Assembly: GCA_041484665.1 (NCBI GenBank)
Contig: JBGPIA010000009.1
Span: forward strand, 32,001 to 96,000
Reading direction: 5' to 3'
Length of the DNA stretch: 64,000 nt
Source: Candidatus Krumholzibacteriia bacterium
GTDB lineage: Bacteria; Krumholzibacteriota; Krumholzibacteriia; JAJRXK01
Shown here in pieces: positions 26,610-35,846 of the stretch (the stretch's first letter is position 1; each line of letters opens with the position of its first letter). The notes under the pieces were generated by a model. It ran no database searches and was not told the DNA's origin. It worked only from the letters and a program-made list of their open reading frames with translations. The position numbers and the translations under genes are program-made.

Positions 26610-28001
26610 CTAGAACACGAACCCGGCGCCGACCCGCAGTCGGTCGCTCTCGGGGGCGTGGGCGTCGTTGCTGCGATGGCTGTAATCAGCCTTGAGCACG
26701 ACCACGGGCGTTGGCTTGATCTCAAGGCCGAAGGTCCACAGCCGTGCCGCCAGCGACCGATCGGCGGAGCGTGGGGTCGTGGGATCCCCGGGCAGCGGGA
26801 CGCTGGGCACGCTCGCCTGCAGGTCGTAGGCCTCTACGCGCGCCCATGGCAGCACCGCGACCGGGCCGGGCAGCTTGAGGGCGGGCGCGAGGTCGAAGGC
26901 CGCCTCGAGGTAGGCGCCCCACTGCGTCGCGGGAACGAGCTGGCTCGAGGCGGAAGGCCCAGAGTCGGGGTAAAGCGCGCGCGTGAGATCCGCGGCCGCG
27001 TCGATCCGCGTCCCGGCGACGAGCGCGCGCGCCTCGAAACCGCGGTGGCGCACCTGGGCGTGCGCCTCGTACACGGCGGTCCACGCAGCGAGGCGGCGGC
27101 CGGCAAACTCCTGCCCCTGATCCGCCTGGCCTCCGTAGAACGAGCCGCCCACCTGCAAGCGATCGTGATGGCTGTACTCCAGGGCCAGCACGCCCGCGAC
27201 GTCCTCCCACAGGGCGCGATTGCCCTCCTGGTGTCCTTCCCGGATGCCCTCGCTGGAGAAGTGCCCCGCGTTGAGACCGTTCACCACGCCGGCGCTGTAG
27301 CGCAACCCGTCGATGAGCGTGCCGTGGGCTTGCACGCCCAGCTCGCGCCAGGTGGTGGGGATGAGGGTCCGCTCGACCTGGGGGCGCAACACTCCGTGGT
27401 AGAAGGCGGGCTCGTGCATCGTGTTGAGCAGGCCGATGGGCAGCAGCAGGTTGCCCGCGCGCAGATTGAGGCGGGAATGGAGCAGGAACTCGAGGTAGGA
27501 GAACTCGACGGCCACCTCGCCCGGCTCACCGTCGTAGCCCTCGCCGGTGGTGGCGTGCTCGAACTCGATCTCGGTGTTCATGAGAACGCGGTCGCTGAAC
27601 TTGTAGCCGACGTAGCTGACGAAACGCAGCAGATCGGCCACCCGGACGTCGCCGGTCGCGGCTGTCTGCGTGACGGGCGCCTCGAAGTAGAACTCGCCGT
27701 AGCCACCCAGCGAGAGACCCGCCGATCGCCGGTACACCTTGCTCGCGGCCGGGCCCATGCCGTAGGCGCCGCGCAACTGCTCGTCGGTCTCGGGGAGCGC
27801 CATCTGCTCCCGGAGCCGCCGGACCTCCGCAGTGAGCAGCTCGACGCGCTGCTCCAGGGAGAGCTGGCTGGCGGCGGTCGAGGCGGAAGCTGCAGCGCCG
27901 TCCGCCTGCGCGAGTGCCGATCGTGCGAAGGGCCCCGGGGTGGCCATTACGATGCAGACCGCGAGCCGGTCCATCCGTCGAGTCCATCGGCTGCCGGGCA
28001 T
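26610..28001 (-). CDS. Outer-membrane porin (OprO/P-like beta-barrel) with N-terminal coiled coil
   Basis: Signal, SLEQRVELLTAEVRRL coil, GGYGE, EIEFEH, HEP…RPQVE…IPTTWRELG, VVLKADY, terminal GAGFVF. GGAGAGGAGG RBS. Confidence 0.75.
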   Translation of the reverse strand: MPGSRWTRRMDRLAVCIVMATPGPFARSALAQADGAAASASTAASQLSLEQRVELLTAEVRRLREQMALPETDEQLRGAYGMGPAASKVYRRSAGLSLGGYGEFYFEAPVTQTAATGDVRVADLLRFVSYVGYKFSDRVLMNTEIEFEHATTGEGYDGEPGEVAVEFSYLEFLLHSRLNLRAGNLLLPIGLLNTMHEPAFYHGVLRPQVERTLIPTTWRELGVQAHGTLIDGLRYSAGVVNGLNAGHFSSEGIREGHQEGNRALWEDVAGVLALEYSHHDRLQVGGSFYGGQADQGQEFAGRRLAAWTAVYEAHAQVRHRGFEARALVAGTRIDAAADLTRALYPDSGPSASSQLVPATQWGAYLEAAFDLAPALKLPGPVAVLPWARVEAYDLQASVPSVPLPGDPTTPRSADRSLAARLWTFGLEIKPTPVVVLKADYSHRSNDAHAPESDRLRVGAGFVF

Positions 28002-28092
28002 GGTCTACGTCCTCCTCTCCCGAACGCGTCCGGGAATCTCGAGCCACTGATCGACCCGCAACTGGCTGGTTGGCAGCCAGGTTGGGCTGTGC

Positions 28093-28121
28093 ATGAAATT
28101 GAAAAGGATTCTCAATTTCAT
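28093..28121 (-). promoter_or_regulatory. Fur-box-like AT-rich palindrome upstream of the porin-FMN-ApbE operon
   Basis: ATGAAATTGA-N9-TCAATTTCAT perfect 10-bp inverted repeat. Minus-strand core TGAGAAT-C-CTTTTCA resembles the Fur 7-1-7 TGATAAT-N-ATTATCA. Confidence 0.7.
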
Positions 28122-28233
28122 TCGTGCCCGACAACGTAGCCCCTCGCCCGGCTCCCGTCAAGGCGCCGCAGGAGGCTTTGGCCGGATGGCGTGGCGTGTG
28201 GGTTCCCGGGGGGGTCGGTGACGGTCCGAGGTG

Positions 28234-28737
28234 CTAGTGCGGTGCGCGCATCCAGCGGCCGACCTCCAGAAGGTGGCCGGCGGGATCGCGCAGGTAGGCC
28301 GAGCGCATGCCCCACGGCGTGTCGTGCGGCTCGCGCACGGCGACCGCGCCCAGCTCCACGGCTGCCTCGAAAACGGCCTGGACGTCCTCGACCAGGAACG
28401 ACAGCGACACCCGCTCGTCGTGCGGGTTGGGCACGGCGGCCAGGCCCACCACGTCGATCAGGTTGCGCTCGTCGGTGAGTGTGAGGGTGAGGGCGCCGGC
28501 GCGCAGCTCCACGGTCTCTCCAGTCTCGTACACGCGCTCGAAGCCGAAGGTGCCTTCGTAGAACTCGGACAGCTCCTCGACGTCGGAGCAGTACAGGACG
28601 ACGTAGGCCAGGTGGGGGCTGCGTTGGAGCTCCTCGCGGTCGCTGGAGGGCATGTCGTCCAGCTCGACCTGCTCGGGGTCGAGGCGCTCGTGGTCGTCGG
28701 CGTCGAAATCGCCGTCGAACGGAATCCGTCCGCCCAT
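28234..28737 (-). CDS. VOC/glyoxalase family protein
   Basis: YVVLYCSDV…FYEGTFGF, SFLVEDV, PWGMRSAYLRDPAGHLLEV. Confidence 0.9.
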   Translation of the reverse strand: MGGRIPFDGDFDADDHERLDPEQVELDDMPSSDREELQRSPHLAYVVLYCSDVEELSEFYEGTFGFERVYETGETVELRAGALTLTLTDERNLIDVVGLAAVPNPHDERVSLSFLVEDVQAVFEAAVELGAVAVREPHDTPWGMRSAYLRDPAGHLLEVGRWMRAPH

Positions 28738-28857
28738 TGCGCCGCCCCCGTTCTCGCGCCATTCGCCCGTCGCGCCGGACTCCTGTCGCGTCGCTCGCGT
28801 GTGGTTCTCGTGGCGCGCGTCGTGTCGCTCGCGGTGCTCGCCGCTCTGCGCCCGCCG

Positions 28858-30039
28858 TCAGCCCAGGATCCCGTAGCGATAGCCGCTGCTGATCGCGCGA
28901 CCCGCGCGAAAGCGCAGCGGATCGAACAGCTCGGGCGGGAACGCCCGCGGCTGCCCGTCGACGATCCACTCGGCGACGCCGCGTCCGACCGCCGGCGCCA
29001 GCTTGAAGCCGTGGCCACTGAAGCCCGTGACCAGCAGGGCGCCCTCCGCGCCCGGCAGCGGCCCGATCACCGGGTGCGCGTCGGGGGTCACGGTGTACAG
29101 CGCCCCGCAGCCGCCCCAGATCGTGGCCCGTGCGTACGCGGGGAGGCGGCGCGCCACGCCGGCGCGGCAGCGCTGGACGAACTCGGCGCTCACTCCCTCG
29201 TCGTAGTGGTCCGGGTCGTCGACGTGCTCATCGTCATCATAGCTCAGGGCGCCCACACGGGTGTGACGCGGCCCCTCGCTCTTCCAGTACAACCCAAGGC
29301 GCAGATCGCCGAAGATGGGGGTAGGCCCCCCGAAGCCCGCCGGCGGCTCCAGGAACGTCTGCTGCGGGCGGACCACTCGCAATGGGATGCCGCCACAATG
29401 CCACGCGTCCAGCAGCCGGACCGACCAGGGGCCTGCCGCCAGCACCACGCGCGCCGTGCGGATCACACCGTGGCTGGTGACCACCCCCGTCACGCGTCGA
29501 CCGTCGCGTACCAGGCCGGTGAGCTCTTCACCGAAGCTCGTCTGCACCCCGGCACGCTGCGCCACCGCCACCAGCGCCTCCACGGTCAGGCGCGGGTCCA
29601 CGACGCCCGAGTCCTCCTCGTAACAGCCGATCGCGTCCTCCTCGTAGGTCGCGCGCGGCTCGATCGCAGAGAGCTCGGCCTCCTCCACCATGCGGGTGGG
29701 AACGCCCAGGCGAGTCTGCATGGCCACATTCTGGGCGAGCGCCGCGCGATCGGCCGCGTGCAGCAGGAAGATCATGCCGCGCTGCGTGAACCCGATGGGG
29801 ATACCGTGCACTTGCGCGAAAGAGCGGTAATAGAGCAGCCCCTCGCGCGCCATGCGGACGGTCTCCTGGCGGCTGTAGTGCTGGCGCAAGATTGCGCCGC
29901 TCTTGCCCGTCTCGCCGGCACCGGGGTAGCTGCGCTCGAGCAGCCAGACGCGGCCCGCCTTGCGTTGCGCGAGCTCGACGGCGATCGCGGCACCCATGAT
30001 GCCGCCACCGGCGATGACGATGTCGGCCGTGCGCGCCAT
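28858..30039 (-). CDS. FAD-dependent oxidoreductase, DAO/sarcosine oxidase family
   Basis: IAGGGIMG, VVLAAGPW, TPDAHPVIG, GFSGHGFKLAPAVG. Confidence 0.92.
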   Translation of the reverse strand: MARTADIVIAGGGIMGAAIAVELAQRKAGRVWLLERSYPGAGETGKSGAILRQHYSRQETVRMAREGLLYYRSFAQVHGIPIGFTQRGMIFLLHAADRAALAQNVAMQTRLGVPTRMVEEAELSAIEPRATYEEDAIGCYEEDSGVVDPRLTVEALVAVAQRAGVQTSFGEELTGLVRDGRRVTGVVTSHGVIRTARVVLAAGPWSVRLLDAWHCGGIPLRVVRPQQTFLEPPAGFGGPTPIFGDLRLGLYWKSEGPRHTRVGALSYDDDEHVDDPDHYDEGVSAEFVQRCRAGVARRLPAYARATIWGGCGALYTVTPDAHPVIGPLPGAEGALLVTGFSGHGFKLAPAVGRGVAEWIVDGQPRAFPPELFDPLRFRAGRAISSGYRYGILG

Positions 30040-30080
30040 CGCGGGTCAGGAGCGCCGCGCGGGCGCGACGTGCGCCGCGT

Positions 30081-32072
30081 TCACTGCGAGTCTCCGGGCG
30101 CCGACGCCGGTCGGGACGCTGCTGCGGCCAGGGCAGGTGCCGGACCGCCTGGCGCGGGCGCCTGGCCCAGTGCGGTGCGCAGCGCGCGCTCGAAGCCGGG
30201 GTGCAGCCCCCGGCCGAGCTGCACGCTGCGGCGCGCGTACTCGGCGGCCTCGCGGGCCCGCCCTTCCTGCAGCAGGACCACGGCCATGTTGTTGTAGGGA
30301 TCGGGGTCGGTGGGCTCCAGCGCGATCGCGCGCCGCAGCGCCGTCTCGCTCGCGGCGAGCTTGCCCAGCCAATAGCGAGCCAGCCCGAGGTTCGTCCACG
30401 CCTGCCCGTACGTGGAGTCGGCGTTGACCGCGCGCATGAGCACGTCTTCGGCCCGCTGCATCTGGTCGAGCTGGCCGAGTTGGCAGAGCGTCTCCCCGAA
30501 CATCCCGAGATTGCGCGCCGTGGGCGCCTGCTCCGCCAGCCGCGCGCGCACCTGCGCGGCGGCTGCTAGCTCGCCCCGCGCGGCGAGCCCCATGCCCAGG
30601 ATCTCCTGCAGCTCCTCCGACGTCGGGAAGCGCTGCAGCGCCTGCCGCGCGATGTCGGCCGCCCCGGCAGCGTCGCCCTGCTGCAGCAGGATGCCGGCGA
30701 GATTGGCGGCAACCAGCGGCGAATCCGGCGCGAGGTCCACCGCGCGCCGCGCGAGGTCGCGCGCCTGTGGCCCGCGGCCGGCGCTCTGGTACAGGCCCGC
30801 CAGGTTGGTCGCGGCGCGAAAGCTCCGCGGGTTAGCCCGCAGGCTCGACTCCCACACCGTCGTCTCGTTCGCCCATGCGCCCGACAGCAGCGCTGCCCAG
30901 ACCGCCAGTCCGGCCAGCGCCACCAGAGCGGCCCCGCGCGCCAGTGCCGCGCTCGTGACCCGGCGCAGCCCGCTCGCGGCCAGGCCGCCCAGCGCCAGGC
31001 AGAACCCGCACGAGGGCAGGTACAGGTAGTGCTCGGCGAAGACCTCGGTGATGGGAAGGATCCCCGAGGTCGGAATCCAGCTCAGCAGCAGGAACCACAC
31101 CCCCAGCAGCACAGCCGGCTGGCGGCGGCGGGCGCGCCAGGCAGCCGCGACGAGCGAGAGCGCCAGTGCCGCTCCCACGACCGAGCGCGCGGACCAGCCC
31201 GCTCCGACGGCGATCGTCCCCCACCAGTCCGGCACGCTGCGCCAGGGGAGCGCGAGCTGCGCGAGCGCCACCGCCAGCACGTGCAGCGCGGTGCCCAGAT
31301 TGACGAACACGGCGCCCCATTGCTGCCGGGGTACGGCGGTGCCCGGCCGGATCCACAGTGCGTAGACCACGAAGGCCAATGTCAGCGCCGCCCACAGCGC
31401 CCAGAAGGCTGTGCGTGCACGCAGCGCCGCGCGCCAGGGACGCGCGCTGCCGTCGCGCGCCGCGCACCAGACGTCGGCGAGCAGCAATGCGACGGGGAGC
31501 GTGACCGCGGACTCCTTGCAGAGCGCCGCGAGTGCGCCCACGGCGACGACCGCGGCCGCGCGCCACCACCCGCCCCGCTCGCGGTACGACAGGAAGAGCA
31601 GCACCGCGGCCAGGTAGAACGCCGTCACCAGCAGGTCCTTGCGCGCGCTCACATAGGCGACCGTCCCCACGTGGGCCGGCAGGACGGCGAACACCGCTGC
31701 GGCCGCCAGCGCCGTCGCGCGCGGCAGCCTCAGGCGCAGCGCCACCGCGCACAAGAGCGCGGCGCAGGCCGCGTGCAGCGCCACGTTGGTCGCGTGGAAC
31801 AACCAGGGGGCGCCGCTGCCGAGGTTCCAGTCGACGGCCAGCGACACGAAGCGGATCGGGCGGTAGTTCACCAGCTCGTGGTGCCACAGCGCCAGCGCGC
31901 GCGCGGGCGCGCCCCAGCCGTGCAGCGCGAGATTCTGGACGATGCCCGCGACGTCATCGAAGACGAAACCGTAGGTGAGCGTCCTCAGGAACGGCAGCGT
32001 GGCAAGCACCGGGATCCACCACCAAGGGCGGTCGGACGGGCGTGGCGCTGCGGCGTGCTCGCTGCGGGACAT
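30081..32072 (-). CDS. TMTC-like multi-TM GT-C protein with C-terminal TPRs
   Basis: FVFDD, YRPI, HATNVALH, HVGTVAYVSARKDLL, KESA, AEHYLYLP, then several TPR units (…AWTNLGLA…, DPYNNMA). Confidence 0.8.
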   Translation of the reverse strand: MSRSEHAAAPRPSDRPWWWIPVLATLPFLRTLTYGFVFDDVAGIVQNLALHGWGAPARALALWHHELVNYRPIRFVSLAVDWNLGSGAPWLFHATNVALHAACAALLCAVALRLRLPRATALAAAAVFAVLPAHVGTVAYVSARKDLLVTAFYLAAVLLFLSYRERGGWWRAAAVVAVGALAALCKESAVTLPVALLLADVWCAARDGSARPWRAALRARTAFWALWAALTLAFVVYALWIRPGTAVPRQQWGAVFVNLGTALHVLAVALAQLALPWRSVPDWWGTIAVGAGWSARSVVGAALALSLVAAAWRARRRQPAVLLGVWFLLLSWIPTSGILPITEVFAEHYLYLPSCGFCLALGGLAASGLRRVTSAALARGAALVALAGLAVWAALLSGAWANETTVWESSLRANPRSFRAATNLAGLYQSAGRGPQARDLARRAVDLAPDSPLVAANLAGILLQQGDAAGAADIARQALQRFPTSEELQEILGMGLAARGELAAAAQVRARLAEQAPTARNLGMFGETLCQLGQLDQMQRAEDVLMRAVNADSTYGQAWTNLGLARYWLGKLAASETALRRAIALEPTDPDPYNNMAVVLLQEGRAREAAEYARRSVQLGRGLHPGFERALRTALGQAPAPGGPAPALAAAASRPASAPGDSQ

Positions 32073-32127
32073 GCCCCAACGCTACCACGCGGCCGCGCGT
32101 CGCAGGAAGCAAACGCGCTGGAACGGG

Positions 32128-33618
32128 TCAGCGACCGGGCGGAGCGCCGGGGCCGGCCCCCGCGGCCGCGCTGCCGGGCTCGCTCTCGAACGCGTCCAAC
32201 GGCCGCCCGAAGCGCCGGCTCTGATCCCATTGTGCGTCGTGGCTCTGGATCACCCGCGGTGTGTTCACGGCGAGGAACTCCGGCGTGAGGGCGTCCTGCA
32301 GGACGCGTCCGTCCATGTCGCTGGCCGTGGCGCAACCGGTCAGCGCCAGCAGCGTGGGCGTGACGTCGGTCAGCATCGCAGACGTCAGGCGCACGCCGTT
32401 GCGGATCCCCTGCCCATAGAGGATGAGCGCCGCATCGGCGCTGGGCTCGGGAACCGGCACCGGCGTCGTCCCATCGCTGCCGATGCGCGTGCCCGTTGTA
32501 AAGCCGTAACCGCCCACCACGATCAGCGTGGAGTGGTCGGTCATTTCCGCGAGCAGGCGGCCCAACTCCGCATCCACGAAGCGGTAGCCGGCGTCGACGG
32601 CGCCCCCGGCCCGGCGTGCGTCCTCGGGGGAGATCCCAAACGTCTCTGGGTAAGTGTAGATCCAGTAGACCGGCTGCAGCGCCGCCAGCAGCTCGATGTA
32701 CGTTCCCAGCACCCGCGGCCGGTACGTCTTCAGCAGGTAGTGCGCGATGTCCAGGTGCGTCAGATCGGCTTGATAGGTGATCGCGAACTCCTTGAGCGGA
32801 TTGGTGTGTTGGAAGACCGAGCCGAGCGGCTCATCGTAGATCATGCGGTACTCGTCCTCCTTCAACGTGAAGAAGGGCGTGACCTCCTCGCGGCGGATCC
32901 CGTTGGGGTCGCGCAGCAGGGGCGCCAGCTCCCTCTGGAGCACCGGCGGGTAGGTGTCCAGCTCGCCCGGCGCGCGGGAGAAGGTGCACTCGCGCGTGGC
33001 AAACCAGCGCGTGGTCGTGATCCCGTTGGAGGCCACGAAGCCGTTGACGGTCTCCGCCGGCCAGGTGCCCGGCAGGCCAGAAGTGGCCACGAGCACCTTC
33101 GCGGCGCTGAGGATCTGCCAGACGCTCTTGTTGCGGCGCACGACGCTGGGCATGGGCGCGCGCAGCCCGTTGGGCAGCTGCGACAGCATGCCAGCCACGC
33201 CGTGCTTGGCGGGAAGCTTGCCCGTCTGGATCGTGGCCCACACCCCCGGACCGTCCAGCGGGTAGGGGGCCTGCGCGACCGCCCGTACGCCGCCGTCGAT
33301 GATGCGCTTGAAGTTGGGGAGCTGGTTGCGGGACAGCAGCAGGTCGACGCGCTCCCAGCTCAGGCCGTCGACCCCCAGCACGATGATGCGGTCGGGCAGC
33401 GCGCGGTCGTCGTGGCGGCCGCAGCCGGAGAGCCCCACGGCGACCCCCATGCCGGCGGCGAGCAGCAGCATCCCCAGCGCGCTCGCACGCAACGAGCGGG
33501 GCCCGGCCCGCGGGTCCCTGCACCCCGTGGGCCGAGCGGTCGGGTGCTGTCGTTCACCTGCGGCGTGCAGGCCGTCGCCGGCTGCGCGCAGGCTCTGGGC
33601 GAGAGCCGACGGGGACAT
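32128..33618 (-). CDS. Alkaline phosphatase superfamily (type I phosphodiesterase/nucleotide pyrophosphatase-like) lipoprotein; start 33471 or 33618
   Basis: Lipobox LSGC; VLGVDGLSW, PNFKR, WATIQTGKLPAKHGV, DVTPTLLAL, MDGRVL. Confidence 0.8.
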   Translation of the reverse strand: MSPSALAQSLRAAGDGLHAAGERQHPTARPTGCRDPRAGPRSLRASALGMLLLAAGMGVAVGLSGCGRHDDRALPDRIIVLGVDGLSWERVDLLLSRNQLPNFKRIIDGGVRAVAQAPYPLDGPGVWATIQTGKLPAKHGVAGMLSQLPNGLRAPMPSVVRRNKSVWQILSAAKVLVATSGLPGTWPAETVNGFVASNGITTTRWFATRECTFSRAPGELDTYPPVLQRELAPLLRDPNGIRREEVTPFFTLKEDEYRMIYDEPLGSVFQHTNPLKEFAITYQADLTHLDIAHYLLKTYRPRVLGTYIELLAALQPVYWIYTYPETFGISPEDARRAGGAVDAGYRFVDAELGRLLAEMTDHSTLIVVGGYGFTTGTRIGSDGTTPVPVPEPSADAALILYGQGIRNGVRLTSAMLTDVTPTLLALTGCATASDMDGRVLQDALTPEFLAVNTPRVIQSHDAQWDQSRRFGRPLDAFESEPGSAAAGAGPGAPPGR

Positions 33619-33924
33619 CGACTCACCTGGTCGATCGGTACGCGGAGAAAGCAAGTGGTGTTGCATGCCCGTTGTGACGTCCTTGTAAACGGTCGACCAG
33701 CCGTCCAGCCGATTCTGGCCGCGGTCGAGATCGCGACACGCACGCGACGCCATGCGCGCCGTGGCACTCACCCTAGCAGCAGCGCCCAGCTTGAGGCGAG
33801 CCTCCCGTTGCCGTAACGTGGGGGCACGCGATGCGCGCGCAGCACCCGTCGCCGCAGGCGGCGGGCCGTTTCGATCCCGGCGCGAGCCCTGGGCGGCGCG
33901 GGGACAGGCCCTGACGGAGGAGGC

Positions 33925-34914
33925 ATGGTGAGCGGCGACGTGGAGAGGATGGAGAAGCTCTTGGCGCTTCGCGAGGCGCTGTACGCGGAGATCGGCAAGC
34001 AGATCGTCGGGCAGCGACAGGTCGTCGACGAGCTCATGCTCACGCTGTTCGCGGGCGGGCACGCGTTGCTGGAGGGCGTGCCGGGATTGGCGAAGACCCT
34101 GCTCATCTCGACGGTCGCCCACGCGCTGGACCTGGAGTTCCGCCGCATCCAGTTCACCCCCGACCTGATGCCGTCGGACATCACCGGCAGCGAGGTGCTC
34201 GAGGAGGATGCTTCTACGGGCCAGCGCGTGTTCCGCTTCGTGCGCGGCCCGATCTTCGCCAACATCATCCTGGCAGACGAGATCAACCGCACCCCGCCCA
34301 AGACGCAGTCGGCGCTGCTGCAGGCCATGCAGGAGCGCCAGGTCACCGCCGGTGGCGTCACGCATTCGCTCTCGCCCCCTTTCTTCGTGCTGGCCACGCA
34401 GAACCCCATCGAGCAGGAGGGCACCTATCCGCTCCCGGAGGCCCAGCTCGACCGCTTCATGCTCAACATCAAGATCGACTACCCGGCCTACGACGAGGAG
34501 CTGCAGGTGGTGCGCCGCACCACGGGCAAGCTGGGGGAGCAACCGCGGCCCATCCTGCGCGCCCACGACATCCTGGAATACCAGGAACTGGTGCGCGCGG
34601 TTCCCGTGGCCGAGAACATCGTCGAGTACGCCGTCAAGCTGGCGCGGCTCACCCGTAATGGGACGCCCGAGGCGCACCCCATGGCCACCGAGTTCCTGAG
34701 CTGGGGGGCGGGGCCGCGCGCGGCGCAGTTCCTGGTGCTGGGCGCCAAGGCGCGGGCGGCGCTCGACGGCCGTCCCACCCCCAGCCTCGACGACGTGCGC
34801 TCCATCGCCGCGCCGGTCCTGCGGCACCGCCTCGTCACCAACTTCCACGCCGAGGCCGAGGGGATGAGCAAGGACGCTCTCATCGCTGCGCTCCTCGAAT
34901 CGCTTCCGGGCTGA
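33925..34914 (+). CDS. MoxR family AAA+ ATPase
   Basis: EGVPGLAKT, RIQFTPDLMPSD, LADEINRTPPKTQSALL, ATQNPIEQEGTYPLPEAQLDRF. Confidence 0.96.
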   Translation: MVSGDVERMEKLLALREALYAEIGKQIVGQRQVVDELMLTLFAGGHALLEGVPGLAKTLLISTVAHALDLEFRRIQFTPDLMPSDITGSEVLEEDASTGQRVFRFVRGPIFANIILADEINRTPPKTQSALLQAMQERQVTAGGVTHSLSPPFFVLATQNPIEQEGTYPLPEAQLDRFMLNIKIDYPAYDEELQVVRRTTGKLGEQPRPILRAHDILEYQELVRAVPVAENIVEYAVKLARLTRNGTPEAHPMATEFLSWGAGPRAAQFLVLGAKARAALDGRPTPSLDDVRSIAAPVLRHRLVTNFHAEAEGMSKDALIAALLESLPG

Positions 34915-34925
34915 ACGGAGCCGAC

Positions 34926-35837
34926 GTGGCCGGTCCGCGCACGGGGCTGCTCGACCCCCTGATCATCAGCCGGCTGGGCTCGCTGGATCTCATCGCGCGC
35001 ACGCTGGTGGAGGGCTTCCTGGTGGGATTGCACCGCAGCCCCTACCACGGCTTCTCGGTGGAGTTCGCCGAGTACCGCCAGTACATCCCCGGCGAGCCCA
35101 CCGCGCACATCGACTGGCGCGTCTACGCGAAGACCGACCGCCACTACATCCGCGTCTTCCACCAGGAGACCAATCTCCACGCCCGGCTCTTGCTGGATGT
35201 CTCGGCCTCGATGGCGCAGGCCGCCCACGGCGGCAAGGACCATCTCACCAAGCTGGAGTACGCCAAGCTGCTCACCGCCGCGCTGTGCTATCTGCTCATC
35301 AAGCAGAATGACGCCACTGGGCTGGTGACCTTCGACCGCCGTCCGCTGCAGATCGTGCCGCCGCGCAGCAGCCGCCGGCAGCTGATGCACCTGCTCAGCC
35401 TGTTGGAGCGGGTGCAGCCCGGCGAGCAGACCGACGTGGGGGAGGTGCTGGGGACGCTCGCCGAGCGGATGTGGCGCCGCGGCCTGGTGGTCGTGATCAG
35501 CGATCTGATCGACGACCCCGACCGCGTGCTCACCGGGCTGAAGCACTTCCGCCATCGGGAGCACGAGGTGATCGTCTTCCACGTGCTGGACCCGCGCGAG
35601 GTGGACCTGCGCTTCAGCCAGGAGGCGCGCTTCATCGATCCGGAGCAGCAGCTCGATCCCATCCGCGCGCAGCCCTGGCACCTGCGGGAGGCCTACGTAG
35701 CCGAGGTCGAGGCGTGGCGCGGGCGCCTGGCGCGGGAGTGCCAGCAGCACCAGATCGACTACGTGCCGCTGACCACCGATACCGCGTTCGATCGGGCCCT
35801 GCTGGCGTATCTCAACAAGCGCGCCAAGCTGGGCTAG
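34926..35837 (+). CDS. DUF58 (VWA-like) protein
   Basis: GLHRSPYHGFSVEFAEYRQY, IDWRVYAK, LLDVSASM, VISD. Confidence 0.93.
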   Translation: MAGPRTGLLDPLIISRLGSLDLIARTLVEGFLVGLHRSPYHGFSVEFAEYRQYIPGEPTAHIDWRVYAKTDRHYIRVFHQETNLHARLLLDVSASMAQAAHGGKDHLTKLEYAKLLTAALCYLLIKQNDATGLVTFDRRPLQIVPPRSSRRQLMHLLSLLERVQPGEQTDVGEVLGTLAERMWRRGLVVVISDLIDDPDRVLTGLKHFRHREHEVIVFHVLDPREVDLRFSQEARFIDPEQQLDPIRAQPWHLREAYVAEVEAWRGRLARECQQHQIDYVPLTTDTAFDRALLAYLNKRAKLG

Positions 35838-35846
35838 GGACGCAGC

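Noticed and set aside
33619..34848. N-terminal extension of the 906-aa ORF 32128..34848
   Set aside because: Overlaps moxR on the opposite strand. The real protein starts near the lipoprotein signal (33471-33618).
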